A stretch of DNA of 64,000 nt from a virus, in the IMG/VR virus record IMGVR_UViG_3300031957_001651, positions 27,807 to 91,806 of that record. One strand, given 5' to 3'. The notes beneath the pieces were generated by a model. It was not told where the DNA came from. It did not search any database and saw only the letters and a program-made list of their open reading frames with translations. Positions 9,556-19,467 of the stretch are shown piece after piece (the first letter of the stretch is position 1; every line of letters begins with the position of its first letter). The position numbers and the translations under genes were made by a program.

Positions 9556-10779
9556 ATGAAAAGTTTTCTACAGTTCCTAAAAGAAGCAGGTGAGGGTGCC
9601 TCAGCACAGGCAAAGAAACTCAACCTTAAGAGTGATGGACATGGTGGTTGGTATGACTCTCGTGGTGAATTTGTTGCGAAAACTGAAGGTGGAAAACTAA
9701 AATTTTATAATAAGAACCAGAAGGTTGGTGAGAGAGACGGTAATCAAGATACAAATCAGGTTGCACAAAAGCAAGACGAAACTAAGAAGAAGCAAAAGAA
9801 AGAAGAACCCAAAGGTGATTCTAAGAAAGAATCACCAGAAGAAGATAAAGATGAGCAGTCTGATACCTTAACTATTGTATTTGGTAGGTTTAATCCACCA
9901 ACAGTTGGTCATGAAAAACTTCTGAGTATGGCAAAGAAATCTTCTACTGGTGGAGATTATAAAGTATACCCTTCACGTTCTCAGGATCCTAAGAAGAACC
10001 CTCTTGATCCTGACATGAAGATTTCATTTATGAAGAAAATGTTCTCTGATTATGAAGAGAACATTGTCAATGATCCAGAAATGAAAAATATATTTGATGT
10101 TCTGGTAGCAGCAAATGAAGATGGATATGGAAATGTAAATATTGTTGTTGGTTCAGATCGACAAGCAGAGTTTGAGAATCTTGCTCAGAAATATAATGGT
10201 CAACTTTATGAGTTTGATTTGATTCGTGTCATCTCTGCTGGTGTAAGAGATGCAGATGCTGAAGGTGTAGAAGGAATGTCTGCATCCAAGATGCGTAAAG
10301 CAGTTATTGCTGATGACTTTGAATCATTCCGTAAAGGAACACCTAAGAAACTTGATGATGGTGATACTAAGGCACTCTTTAATGCAGTCCGCACTGGTAT
10401 GAAACTGAAGAGTAAAGAAAAAGTTACTGCAGAGATGTGGGAAATTGCTCCCAAGTATGATCATAAAGGACTTCGTGAAAACTATATTTCTGGGAAAATT
10501 TTTAGTCTTGGAGATATTGTAGAGAATCTAAACACTGGATTGGTTGGTGAAATTATTCGTAGAGGAACTAATCACCTTATTTGTGTTACTAAAGAAAACT
10601 ATATGTTCAAGTCCTGGATTAAGGATGTGATGGAAGCAGTTGTAAATTATCCTGGTCCTTCTGGTGTACCTGGTCCAGAGAGAGAAGTTGGAACTGATTC
10701 AAATAGAAACTATACGATGAGAATGACTGGAACGACTGCTATAAAGAATTTCATAAATAAGTATAAGGCTAAAAAGTAA
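9556..10779 (+). CDS. Cytidyltransferase-like (HIGH-family) nucleotidyltransferase
   Basis: FGRFNPPTVGHEKL, VVGSDR, MSASKMR. Confidence 0.88.
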   Translation: MKSFLQFLKEAGEGASAQAKKLNLKSDGHGGWYDSRGEFVAKTEGGKLKFYNKNQKVGERDGNQDTNQVAQKQDETKKKQKKEEPKGDSKKESPEEDKDEQSDTLTIVFGRFNPPTVGHEKLLSMAKKSSTGGDYKVYPSRSQDPKKNPLDPDMKISFMKKMFSDYEENIVNDPEMKNIFDVLVAANEDGYGNVNIVVGSDRQAEFENLAQKYNGQLYEFDLIRVISAGVRDADAEGVEGMSASKMRKAVIADDFESFRKGTPKKLDDGDTKALFNAVRTGMKLKSKEKVTAEMWEIAPKYDHKGLRENYISGKIFSLGDIVENLNTGLVGEIIRRGTNHLICVTKENYMFKSWIKDVMEAVVNYPGPSGVPGPEREVGTDSNRNYTMRMTGTTAIKNFINKYKAKK

Positions 10780-10793
10780 AACATTTTATACTC

Positions 10794-12155
10794 ATGTCAA
10801 TGAATCCTCTTAACGATATTTCTCAAGTATATCTTGAGAAGGTATCAAACGTTTCTGAAAAGAAAGACGATTCATATCTTGAGACAGATATGAAGAAACG
10901 TCAGAAGAATAATGAGAAGGCACGTAAGGAACTTGCCAAGGGTCCTCAAATGAAGAACCCCCACTTTGAAGAGAAGCAACTTGATCCCGTAGGACAAGAA
11001 GATGCTGATGTTGACAATGATGGTAAGAAGAATACTAAGTCTGATAAGTATTTGAAGAATAGACGTAAGGCAATTGCCAAAGCAATAAAGGAAGCAAAAC
11101 ATGCTACTGCAAAGCAGATGCATTCTCCTCATGAAGTTCCAACAGGAGACATCAAAAAATTAGTAAAGAAAGCAGTTAAGAGAATTGATACTGATGTAGA
11201 TGGTGATACAGATAATAACGATAAGGCAAAGGGAGAACTTGGTGAGTTTATTCCTGGTGTAGGAAATAAGAGATTATATTCAACCACTAAAACCACAACA
11301 GCAAAAGAAGGATATTCAAACTGGAGAGATGATCTTCGTGAAGTTGTTGGTGAAGATAGTGAAGATCGGAAGCAAGTAAAAGAAAAGAATGTAAAGAATA
11401 CTATTAAGATTAATCCTAAGATTTCTGAGGAAGTTACGATCCTAGAAAACACTGAGATGGATGAAGTAGATCTTGCTGCTTATACTGTGTACGATGAACT
11501 AGTTAATGAAGGATTTGACGTATATGATGTAGAAGATGCTATTGAGTATGCGATTATTGAAGCAACAGTAACTTTCGGTCATGATACCGAGAAACCACAT
11601 GAGAAAGATACTTCTACTGGTCGCATGGTGAAGGCAGTTGGTAGACTTGCAAGACAGAAACTTAAGTCTACTGGTAAGAAAGCAAGACTAAAGTCTGCCC
11701 AAGCACAAGTTGCTGCTTACAATAAAGGTAGAGAAGTCAAGCAAAAAGTAGGTGATAAAGCAAGAGGTGCAAAATCTGGTATCAAAGCAAAGATCAGAAA
11801 GGCAGCACAGAAAGTTGTTAATCGTATGAGTGAGGAGACTTCTATGTCAATGACTCCTCAAGAAGTTGCACTTCAGAAGAAGAAGGCAATGATTGATCAG
11901 CAAATTGCACAGAAGAGAAAACAGTCTTTAAATAAAGTTGCAAAGGAAGAAACCGAAGATTCTCTAAGAGATCGTCGCATGGAACGTGGTGGTGTTGATG
12001 GCAACAACCGTTACGACAAACCAATTAGTAACACACCGAATACATTTGGTAAGAAAAAACCAAAGTATGATGGTATGTCTGCACTTGAGAAAGTAAAGGC
12101 AAGCATCCGTGCCAAGCATGGACAGGGTGCAATCATAGATACGAGGAAAAAGTAA
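10794..12155 (+). CDS. Charged modular protein, probable internal head protein
   Basis: Late promoter CATAAATA at 10752; DxDxDG modules; many x-x-E-E/A junctions. Confidence 0.6.
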   Translation: MSMNPLNDISQVYLEKVSNVSEKKDDSYLETDMKKRQKNNEKARKELAKGPQMKNPHFEEKQLDPVGQEDADVDNDGKKNTKSDKYLKNRRKAIAKAIKEAKHATAKQMHSPHEVPTGDIKKLVKKAVKRIDTDVDGDTDNNDKAKGELGEFIPGVGNKRLYSTTKTTTAKEGYSNWRDDLREVVGEDSEDRKQVKEKNVKNTIKINPKISEEVTILENTEMDEVDLAAYTVYDELVNEGFDVYDVEDAIEYAIIEATVTFGHDTEKPHEKDTSTGRMVKAVGRLARQKLKSTGKKARLKSAQAQVAAYNKGREVKQKVGDKARGAKSGIKAKIRKAAQKVVNRMSEETSMSMTPQEVALQKKKAMIDQQIAQKRKQSLNKVAKEETEDSLRDRRMERGGVDGNNRYDKPISNTPNTFGKKKPKYDGMSALEKVKASIRAKHGQGAIIDTRKK

Positions 12156-12373
12156 TGCCTGCAATATCTAGAGCACAGCAAAGGTTTATGGGAATGGTCC
12201 ATGCCGTAAAGAAGGGAGAGATGGAAGCACCTTCTCCCGAAGTTGCTCAAGCAGCAGCATCAATGAAGAAAAAAGATGCAAAGGATTTTGCATCAACAAA
12301 ACACAAAGGTTTACCTGAGAAGAAAAAGAAGACTTTCAAGGAGTTTTTGGAATATATAGAATATACTACTTGA
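12155..12373 (+). CDS. Small basic protein (MPAxSxAQQR type, DUF3008-like)
   Basis: MPAISRAQQRFMG..DFASTKHKGLPEK. Confidence 0.65.
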   Translation: MPAISRAQQRFMGMVHAVKKGEMEAPSPEVAQAAASMKKKDAKDFASTKHKGLPEKKKKTFKEFLEYIEYTT

Positions 12374-12381
12374 GGTTAATC

Positions 12382-12594
12382 ATGCTTGCATTCCTACTTC
12401 CACTCGCATCAAAGGTAATTTCCGATGCCGTATCAAAGATTCCAGAAAATGAAGAACTCGGTGAGAAACTCGTTGAGATCTGTCTTGTTATTCTTGCTAA
12501 AGCAGTTAAGTTGACCAAGACTGATATGGATGATCAACTACTAGAGGTTGTTTCTAAAGCAATTCTTGCAAGAGAAGACGCAGCTGCCGAGTAA
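12382..12594 (+). CDS. Hypothetical protein
   Basis: RBS GAGG before ATG 12382. Confidence 0.7.
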   Translation: MLAFLLPLASKVISDAVSKIPENEELGEKLVEICLVILAKAVKLTKTDMDDQLLEVVSKAILAREDAAAE

Positions 12595-12617
12595 GTATAA
12601 ATAAGAAAATAAATGAC

Positions 12618-12646
12618 ATGGAGATCATTTTGTGGTCTCCATTTTT
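12618..12646 (+). terminator. Rho-independent terminator
   Basis: ATGGAGATCA/TGGTCTCCAT hairpin plus T-run. Confidence 0.75.
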
Positions 12647-12654
12647 TATAAATA
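12647..12654 (+). promoter_or_regulatory. T4 late promoter TATAAATA
   Basis: Exact consensus; a second copy lies at 12596-12603. Confidence 0.8.
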
Positions 12655-12687
12655 TCTAATAGCAAATGTATTCAAAGGAAAAGAAAC

Positions 12688-13512
12688 ATGGCACTTTGGG
12701 GAAATAGTGATAATGTAACCTCTGCTGGCATCGTAACCGTAAACTATAGCACCCGTGTCGTTGAAGGACACACTACTGCTTTTGGTCTAACTGGTTCTGC
12801 ACAAGTTGGGGATGTAATTAGATTTGGTATCAAGGATGAAACTAACCCTGATGCAGTCTATTTTGGTGATGCTGTAATTGCAAGTATTGCAAGCAGTGAA
12901 TCAATTACAATTGCTTCTACTGCTGGACTCAGTGGTGCTGCAATCGGAGGAACAGATTTTCAAATTTCAGAACTTCCTGGATCTAGTACTTTGGATATGA
13001 ATTATTCTGAGTATGACGATGCAAAACATGCTGGAACATCTCAGGTAGTTGCAACAGGAACTGCAAGCACAGATTCACCAGTTGGATTTGCAACAATTTA
13101 TCTAACTGAAGATCTAACTGCAATTGCATATCCAATCAGAACCGATTCTGATACCGTTTCTTATGCATCATCAACCACAGAATTTGTAATTAGTTCTTTG
13201 GTTGATTCTACTGAAAACGATTCTGCAAGCACTGTTACATTAACTACTACTATGAATGTAGGAGTTAATACTGGAGATAAGATTACCTTTACTGGTGTTA
13301 GAGGTGCTTATGATACCTATGTCTATGGTGCAGCTAAGCAAGGAATTCAGGCAGCATCTGGAACTCAGTATGAAGCAGGTGTGGGTTGGGTTGGAGTTAC
13401 CACATATCTTGATGCACATAACAACCTAAGAGTTAAGAAAGAAATCTTAGTTGCGATGTCTGGTATCACTACTGGCAATACTCCAATTTATGATGCAGAT
13501 CCACTAAGCTGA
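12688..13512 (+). CDS. Putative virion structural protein
   Basis: MALWG start; T/S/G/A-rich; GWVGVTTY..RVKKEILVAM C-terminus; late promoter. Confidence 0.65.
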   Translation: MALWGNSDNVTSAGIVTVNYSTRVVEGHTTAFGLTGSAQVGDVIRFGIKDETNPDAVYFGDAVIASIASSESITIASTAGLSGAAIGGTDFQISELPGSSTLDMNYSEYDDAKHAGTSQVVATGTASTDSPVGFATIYLTEDLTAIAYPIRTDSDTVSYASSTTEFVISSLVDSTENDSASTVTLTTTMNVGVNTGDKITFTGVRGAYDTYVYGAAKQGIQAASGTQYEAGVGWVGVTTYLDAHNNLRVKKEILVAMSGITTGNTPIYDADPLS

Positions 13513-13523
13513 TAACTTAAGTT

Positions 13524-13916
13524 ATGTTATTTGATGAATTGAATGAGGAAAATTTTTTATTATTTGCTATAAAAAATTATGAGAATCCTCAAGCCATTAC
13601 TAAAGACGATTTCCATCGTGACTTGAATCACTTCAAGTATATTAAAAGGCTTTTGAGAAAATATAAGAGCACTGGTGAACTCAAGGTACATTTGCTTCTT
13701 AATCACTTCATCATTTTGTACAACATATTTGATGATGCAACAACACCAATGCTCTTCTATAAACTTGAGGAAGATCTCTGGTCAACCACAAAAACATTTG
13801 TATTCTTTTTGAATAGGTTGCCAGAGTATCCAAAGTGCTATATACATGATATAGAAAGTGATATTATTGCATTAGATAAATTACAAATCTTATATAACGA
13901 CAATGGACAGGACTGA
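13524..13916 (+). CDS. Conserved T4-like hypothetical protein
   Basis: FAIKNYENP..FKYIKRLL..LNHFIILYNIF. Confidence 0.75.
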   Translation: MLFDELNEENFLLFAIKNYENPQAITKDDFHRDLNHFKYIKRLLRKYKSTGELKVHLLLNHFIILYNIFDDATTPMLFYKLEEDLWSTTKTFVFFLNRLPEYPKCYIHDIESDIIALDKLQILYNDNGQD

Positions 13917-14118
13917 TCGGATCATACAACTTATACGTGAAATGATCGCAGTCGGTGCTGGTGGATTTACTGGTTCCTCTCCTGCAGAAGGACCAACTGC
14001 TGGTTATGATCCTCTGATTAAATTTCAGAGACGTGGAAACACAGATTATAGAAAAGTCCCCAAGACTTACAAACAGTGGGTAAAATCTTTAGATAAGAAA
14101 AATGTTAGGTCTCGGTAA
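13903..14118 (+). CDS. Hypothetical protein
   Basis: Packed ORF. Confidence 0.65.
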   Translation: MDRTDRIIQLIREMIAVGAGGFTGSSPAEGPTAGYDPLIKFQRRGNTDYRKVPKTYKQWVKSLDKKNVRSR

Positions 14119-14539
14119 ATTAGCAGTATTAGAATCTAAGTTGAGTATCTATGAAGATCTCTCCAAAGAGATGCTCGACAAACTTGAGAAAGCAGTCGGG
14201 ACTATTTCGGAGAACAGTAATAAGATTGCTGTTATTTTGGAACGGCATGAAAATCGTCTAGACGAATCTGATAGAGCAGATAAACTTATTATCAATATGC
14301 TTGGGGAGATGAAGGAAAGACATGAGAAGGATATTGAATTTCTTCATGATAGAATTGGTAAAATACAGAAGAAAACAGATAGCAATGCTAGGTTTGTCAT
14401 TGCTGTGTCAGCCGTTCTGACAACACTTGTGACAGTAATGCAAGTGGTCCCACCTGTGATGAAACTCTTGACACCTAATCAAAAAATGAGTATGATAGCT
14501 ACAGCAGAAGTAGCGTCTTTCGTAAATGGATCAAATTGA
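14102..14539 (+). CDS. Coiled-coil protein with C-terminal hydrophobic helix
   Basis: Heptad-like N-terminal part; FVIAVSAVLTTLVTVM. Confidence 0.65.
   Translation: MLGLGKLAVLESKLSIYEDLSKEMLDKLEKAVGTISENSNKIAVILERHENRLDESDRADKLIINMLGEMKERHEKDIEFLHDRIGKIQKKTDSNARFVIAVSAVLTTLVTVMQVVPPVMKLLTPNQKMSMIATAEVASFVNGSN
14468..14496 (+). promoter_or_regulatory. Sigma70-like promoter for primase
   Basis: TTGACA-17-TATGAT. Confidence 0.65.
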
Positions 14540-15497
14540 TGTCAAATATGTAAATCTAGTTTCTGTCAGACTACAAAAATTTAAAAGAGTAAAAGCAGAT
14601 CTCTATAACTTTAGATGTCCCATTTGCGGAGACTCTCATAAGAATAAGAGTAAAACGAGAGGTTATCTATACTCTGTAAAAAATGCTACTAACTATAAGT
14701 GCCACAACTGTGGTGCTAGTTTATCGTTGAATAATTTTCTTAAGCATATTGATGTTGCTCTGCACAAGAGTTATTGTCTAGAGAAGTTTAAGGAGGGAAA
14801 AACTGGAAGACGTGGGATGCAGACTAATGAACCTAAATTTGTTTTTGAGAAACCTAAGTTTGCACAGAGGATCCTTCTTCCTCTATGCAGTGAGGTGGAA
14901 GTTGCTAGAACCTATCTTCAAAATCGTAAGATCGATCCCACCAAATTTTATTATGCAGAAAACTTTGATGAGTTTGTGCATACGTTCAAGGGATTGGATC
15001 ACGGGTATATGGGTAAAGAGCCTAGGATCATCATCCCGTTATATTGCGACAAAGATCTCATCGGATTCCAAGGTAGAAGTCTAAATTCCAAATCTATTAA
15101 ATATATTACTGTAATGCTTAAAGAGGGAGCACCGAAAATATATGGACTCGACAACATCACAAAAAGTAGCAGTGTCTACATTACTGAAGGACCATTCGAC
15201 AGCACGTTCATTCGCAATTCGATTGCTATGTGCGGAGCTGATCTTGATATCAGCAATTGGGGGATTAGCAATCCTGTTTGGGTCTATGACAATGAACCTA
15301 GAAACAGGGAAATCCTCAATCGAGTCAGTCGAACAATCGATAGTGGAGACTCCATAGTCATTTGGCCATCACACATTAATGAAAAGGACATAAATGATAT
15401 GGTCCTTGCTGGACATGATGTCCAAAATCTGATAGAATTAAATACTTACTCTGGTTTAGAAGCAAAACTTAAATTCACCACCTGGAAGAAAATATGA
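14526..15497 (+). CDS. gp61: DNA primase (T4 gp61)
   Basis: Zn finger CPICGDS..CHNCG; TOPRIM EGPFDS, DNEPRN, KDINDM. Confidence 0.96.
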   Translation: MDQIDVKYVNLVSVRLQKFKRVKADLYNFRCPICGDSHKNKSKTRGYLYSVKNATNYKCHNCGASLSLNNFLKHIDVALHKSYCLEKFKEGKTGRRGMQTNEPKFVFEKPKFAQRILLPLCSEVEVARTYLQNRKIDPTKFYYAENFDEFVHTFKGLDHGYMGKEPRIIIPLYCDKDLIGFQGRSLNSKSIKYITVMLKEGAPKIYGLDNITKSSSVYITEGPFDSTFIRNSIAMCGADLDISNWGISNPVWVYDNEPRNREILNRVSRTIDSGDSIVIWPSHINEKDINDMVLAGHDVQNLIELNTYSGLEAKLKFTTWKKI

Positions 15498-17791
15498 GCA
15501 ACGGTATCAAGGTTAAAAAACGTAATGGGACTATTGAGGTACTAGACCTAGAAAAGATGCACAAGATGGTTGAGGCTGCCTGTGAGGGTCTCTCTGGTGT
15601 GTCTGCGAGTCAAGTAGAGATCCAATCTGGAATTCAATTTTATGATGGTGTCACCACTGACGAGATTCAAGAGATCTTGATTCGTTCTGCTTCAGATCTA
15701 ATTGATCTTGAGCATCCTAATTATCAATATGCTGCAGCAAGACTGCTACTATTCTCTATTCGTAAGCAACTTGCTGTTAACTTTAAAAGAAGTCCCACTC
15801 TTCTAGAGCAGATTAAGTATGGTATTGCTAACAATGTCTATGATGCAGAAGTACTGCAGAAGTATACTGAAGAAGAACTTGAAAAGGTAAATTCTTTTAT
15901 CTATCACGATAGAGATTATTTGTTCACATATGCTGGACTAAGGCAAGTTGTGGATAAATATCTAGTACAGGATAGAAGTAATGTTGAGGTATTTGAAACA
16001 CCTCAGTTCATGTATATTTTGATTGCATTAACGATCTTCGCAGAATATCCTAAAGAGACACGATTACTATATGTAAAGAGATACTATGACGCAATCTCAA
16101 AACACAAAATCAACATTCCCACACCTATCATGGCAGGAGTGCGAACTCCACTTCGACAATTTGCTAGCTGTGTTCTTGTTGATGTTGATGACACCCTCGA
16201 TAGCATCTTTAGTTCTGATATGGCTATCGGCAGATATGTTGCACAAAGGGCGGGTATCGGCATCAACGCAGGCAGAATCCGTGGTATCAACGCTAAGATC
16301 CGAGGTGGAGAAGTTCAGCACACAGGTGTTGTCCCATTCCTCAAAAAGTTTGAATCAACTGTCAGATGTTGCACTCAAAATGGCATCCGTGGTGGATCAG
16401 CAACTGTCCACTTCCCAATCTGGCACCAAGAAATAGAAGACATTATTGTTCTCAAAAACAATAAAGGAACAGAAGACAACCGAGTGAGGAAACTTGACTA
16501 CTCAATCCAAATTTCAAAAATTTTCTACGAACGTTTCATTGCAGATGGGGAGATTAGCCTCTTCTCACCGCATGACGTACCAGGTTTGTATGATGCTTTT
16601 GGTACTGATGACTTTGACACTCTATATCGGATGCATGAACTCAATGATGCTGTTCCAAGAAAGACTGTCGGGGCACAGGAACTAATTCTAAACATTCTGA
16701 AGGAGAGGGCAGAGACTGGTCGATTGTATCTTATGAATATCGATCACTGTAACACTCACTCTTCCTTTAAAGATAAGGTAAATATGAGTAACCTATGTCA
16801 GGAGATTACATTACCTACAGATCCTCTTCAGCATATTGATGGTGAGGGTGAGATTGCTTTGTGTATTCTCTCTGCTATTAATGTGGGCAAGGTCAAGTCT
16901 GACTCTGAACTAGAAAATCTTTGCGATCTATCTGTCCGAGGATTGGAAGAATTGATTGACTATCAGAAGTATCCTATTCTTGCAGCAGAACTTGCTACAA
17001 AGGCACGTAGATCCCTTGGAATTGGTTTTATCGGTCTAGCACACTATCTTGCTAAACTAGGGTTTAACTACGGTGATCAAGAGGCATGGGATGCTATTCA
17101 TGGACTTTCTGAATCCTTCCAATATTTCCTACTGAAGTCTTCTAATCAGATTGCGAAAGAGAAGGGTGCTTGTGAAGGTTTCTCACGAACAAAATATGCT
17201 GATGGAATTCTCCCCATTGATACATACAAGAAGGATCTAGACGAAGTTACTTCTATTGCATTGCAGCATGATTGGGAATCTCTTAGGACATCTATCACTA
17301 CCCACGGTCTACGGCACTCAACATTGTCCGCACAAATGCCATCAGAAAGTAGTTCCGTTGTGTCAAACGCAACCAATGGAATCGAACCACCTAGAGGATA
17401 TCTGTCCGTTAAAAAATCCAAGAAAGGACCTCTTAAGCAGATTGTTCCACAGTATAATACACTGAAAAACAATTATACATTGCTTTGGGATATGAAGGGT
17501 AACGAAGGTTACATCAAAATCGTTGCTGTAATGCAAAAATTCTTTGACCAGGCAATTTCTGGCAATTGGTCCTATAATCCTGAGAACTATCCTGACAATG
17601 AAGTTCCAGTTTCTGTCATGGCAAATGATTTTCTAACTACATACAAGTATGGTTGGAAGACTTCTTATTATCAAAATACTTATGATAATAAGACTGATGA
17701 AATTGATGACGATAAAAAGCAACAATTAAATGCAATTTTAGAAGAATTAAGTCAATCCGAGGAGGGAGAGTGTGAATCCTGTGCAATTTAA
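15494..17791 (+). CDS. nrdA: Ribonucleotide reductase class Ia alpha subunit
   Basis: ATP cone, FASCVL, SNLCQEI, C-terminal CESC. Confidence 0.98.
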   Translation: MSNGIKVKKRNGTIEVLDLEKMHKMVEAACEGLSGVSASQVEIQSGIQFYDGVTTDEIQEILIRSASDLIDLEHPNYQYAAARLLLFSIRKQLAVNFKRSPTLLEQIKYGIANNVYDAEVLQKYTEEELEKVNSFIYHDRDYLFTYAGLRQVVDKYLVQDRSNVEVFETPQFMYILIALTIFAEYPKETRLLYVKRYYDAISKHKINIPTPIMAGVRTPLRQFASCVLVDVDDTLDSIFSSDMAIGRYVAQRAGIGINAGRIRGINAKIRGGEVQHTGVVPFLKKFESTVRCCTQNGIRGGSATVHFPIWHQEIEDIIVLKNNKGTEDNRVRKLDYSIQISKIFYERFIADGEISLFSPHDVPGLYDAFGTDDFDTLYRMHELNDAVPRKTVGAQELILNILKERAETGRLYLMNIDHCNTHSSFKDKVNMSNLCQEITLPTDPLQHIDGEGEIALCILSAINVGKVKSDSELENLCDLSVRGLEELIDYQKYPILAAELATKARRSLGIGFIGLAHYLAKLGFNYGDQEAWDAIHGLSESFQYFLLKSSNQIAKEKGACEGFSRTKYADGILPIDTYKKDLDEVTSIALQHDWESLRTSITTHGLRHSTLSAQMPSESSSVVSNATNGIEPPRGYLSVKKSKKGPLKQIVPQYNTLKNNYTLLWDMKGNEGYIKIVAVMQKFFDQAISGNWSYNPENYPDNEVPVSVMANDFLTTYKYGWKTSYYQNTYDNKTDEIDDDKKQQLNAILEELSQSEEGECESCAI

Positions 17792-18962
17792 GATGTCATC
17801 CGTAGAAGAATCCAAAACTAAAGTTGAAGGCATGACCGTCTTCAATACTGAACAAGTAAATACAAAGAAGCAACCAATGTTTTTCGGTAAACCTTTGGGG
17901 GTACAAAGGTATGATTCCTATAAGTATCCAATTTTTGATAAGTTAACTACTCAACAATTAGGATACTTCTGGAGACCAGAAGAAGTTTCATTACAGAAAG
18001 ACCGTGGAGATTATCAAACACTTCGTCCAGAACAAAAGCATATCTATACAAGTAACCTCAAGTATCAGATTATGCTTGACTCCATACAAGGGCGTGGTCC
18101 TGGGATGGCTTTTATACCTTATTGCAGTCTACCCGAACTAGAGGCATGTATGGAAGTCTGGGGGTTCATGGAGATGATCCACAGTCGTTCTTACACATAT
18201 ATTATCAAGAATGTATATGCAGACCCTTCTGAGATCTTCGATAATATTGTCACTGATCCCCGCATTCTAGAACGTGCTGCGAGTGTCACAGGTGCATATG
18301 ATGATTTCATTAATAGTGCCCAAACTTGGGGCAATGGTAGCATGTGGCAAGAAGATTTTAGAGACTCACCTTCATCCAAATGGGAAATTAAAGATGTCAA
18401 AAGAAAACTCTACAGAGCAGTTGCAAACGTTAATGTTCTTGAGGGTATTAGGTTCTACGTTAGTTTTGCTTGTTCTTTCGCCTTTGGTGAACTCAAGCTC
18501 ATGGAAGGATCAGCAAAAATTATTTCACTCATTGCAAGAGACGAAAACCAACATTTAGCAATCACTCAGAATATTCTGAATAAGTGGAAGTCAGGTGATG
18601 ATCCTGAAATGAAGCAGATTATGAAGGAAGAGGAAGAGTGGACTTATCAGATGTTTAAAAATGCTGTTGATGAGGAGAAGAAGTGGGCAGAGTACTTGTT
18701 CAAAGATGGATCTATGATTGGTTTGAATGACAAACTACTCAAGAATTATGTTGAGTGGATTGCAAATCGTCGTATGAAGTCTATTGGTCTTAAACCAGTT
18801 TATGATATTTCTGCTAAAGCAAATCCACTACCTTGGACTGAGCATTGGATCTCCTCTAAAGGACTCCAGGTGGCACCACAAGAGACTGAAGTAGAGTCAT
18901 ATGTTGTGGGAGGCATTAAGCAGGATGTTAAAGCAGATACGTTCTCAGGATTTAAACTATGA
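17772..18962 (+). CDS. nrdB: Ribonucleotide reductase beta subunit
   Basis: FWRPEE, EMIHSRSY, EGIRFY, RDENQH, APQETE. Confidence 0.98.
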   Translation: MNPVQFKMSSVEESKTKVEGMTVFNTEQVNTKKQPMFFGKPLGVQRYDSYKYPIFDKLTTQQLGYFWRPEEVSLQKDRGDYQTLRPEQKHIYTSNLKYQIMLDSIQGRGPGMAFIPYCSLPELEACMEVWGFMEMIHSRSYTYIIKNVYADPSEIFDNIVTDPRILERAASVTGAYDDFINSAQTWGNGSMWQEDFRDSPSSKWEIKDVKRKLYRAVANVNVLEGIRFYVSFACSFAFGELKLMEGSAKIISLIARDENQHLAITQNILNKWKSGDDPEMKQIMKEEEEWTYQMFKNAVDEEKKWAEYLFKDGSMIGLNDKLLKNYVEWIANRRMKSIGLKPVYDISAKANPLPWTEHWISSKGLQVAPQETEVESYVVGGIKQDVKADTFSGFKL

Positions 18963-19111
18963 TGACACAATGGGCAATTAAGTTAATTGCTGATAATACC
19001 GTTGAATTATCTGATGATGATCTTAGGTTACTGAGATTTGGACCTCAACCTTGGTTGCCTCATGAAGTTTTAAGGTATAACCTATTAAGACTCAAAGTTA
19101 AATCTGATTAA
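18959..19111 (+). CDS. Small hypothetical protein (50 aa)
   Basis: ATGA overlap with nrdB; ends just before the terminator. Confidence 0.6.
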   Translation: MMTQWAIKLIADNTVELSDDDLRLLRFGPQPWLPHEVLRYNLLRLKVKSD

Positions 19112-19115
19112 TCTT

Positions 19116-19136
19116 AAGACCTTCGGGTCTTTTTTT
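19116..19136 (+). terminator. Rho-independent terminator
   Basis: AAGACC-TTCG-GGTCTT plus T-run. Confidence 0.9.
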
Positions 19137-19281
19137 GTAGGTATATACTCGTAGGCATAAATTTTTATTGCTAAAATGTATTGATTCGCACACAAACTGT
19201 ATACATAGTATAGAATTATGGAGGTTAAGATGACTCTCTCTTGTCTACATTATGGATCTACTTTTTTACAGGAGAATGAAT

Positions 19282-19455
19282 ATGCACAACTTACTATCAA
19301 AATCTCAACTAGATCAGTGGCGATCTTTTGAATCTACATTAGATGCATCGGAGGTGGAAAATCAAGCAATCAATGACTACTACGAATGTTTAATAGAGTG
19401 CGATACACTGAAACAAAACGAATGTAAACGTATATGTAGGAGAATTTTAGATTAA
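19282..19455 (+). CDS. Small Cys-rich protein (CxxxC-x6-CxxxC)
   Basis: RBS AGGAGA; DYYECLIECDTLKQNECKRIC. Confidence 0.7.
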   Translation: MHNLLSKSQLDQWRSFESTLDASEVENQAINDYYECLIECDTLKQNECKRICRRILD

Positions 19456-19467
19456 ATATTATATCTT

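Noticed and set aside
2-18962. Inteins or introns in gp43, gp41, nrdA, nrdB
   Set aside because: Lengths and motif spacing are normal; no intein splice motifs were seen.
19178-19195. NtcA box
   Set aside because: Only GTA-N8-CAC, a mismatch to GTA-N8-TAC in AT-rich DNA.
19282-19455. CP12 assignment
   Set aside because: Lacks the AWD.VEEL and C-terminal CP12 motifs.
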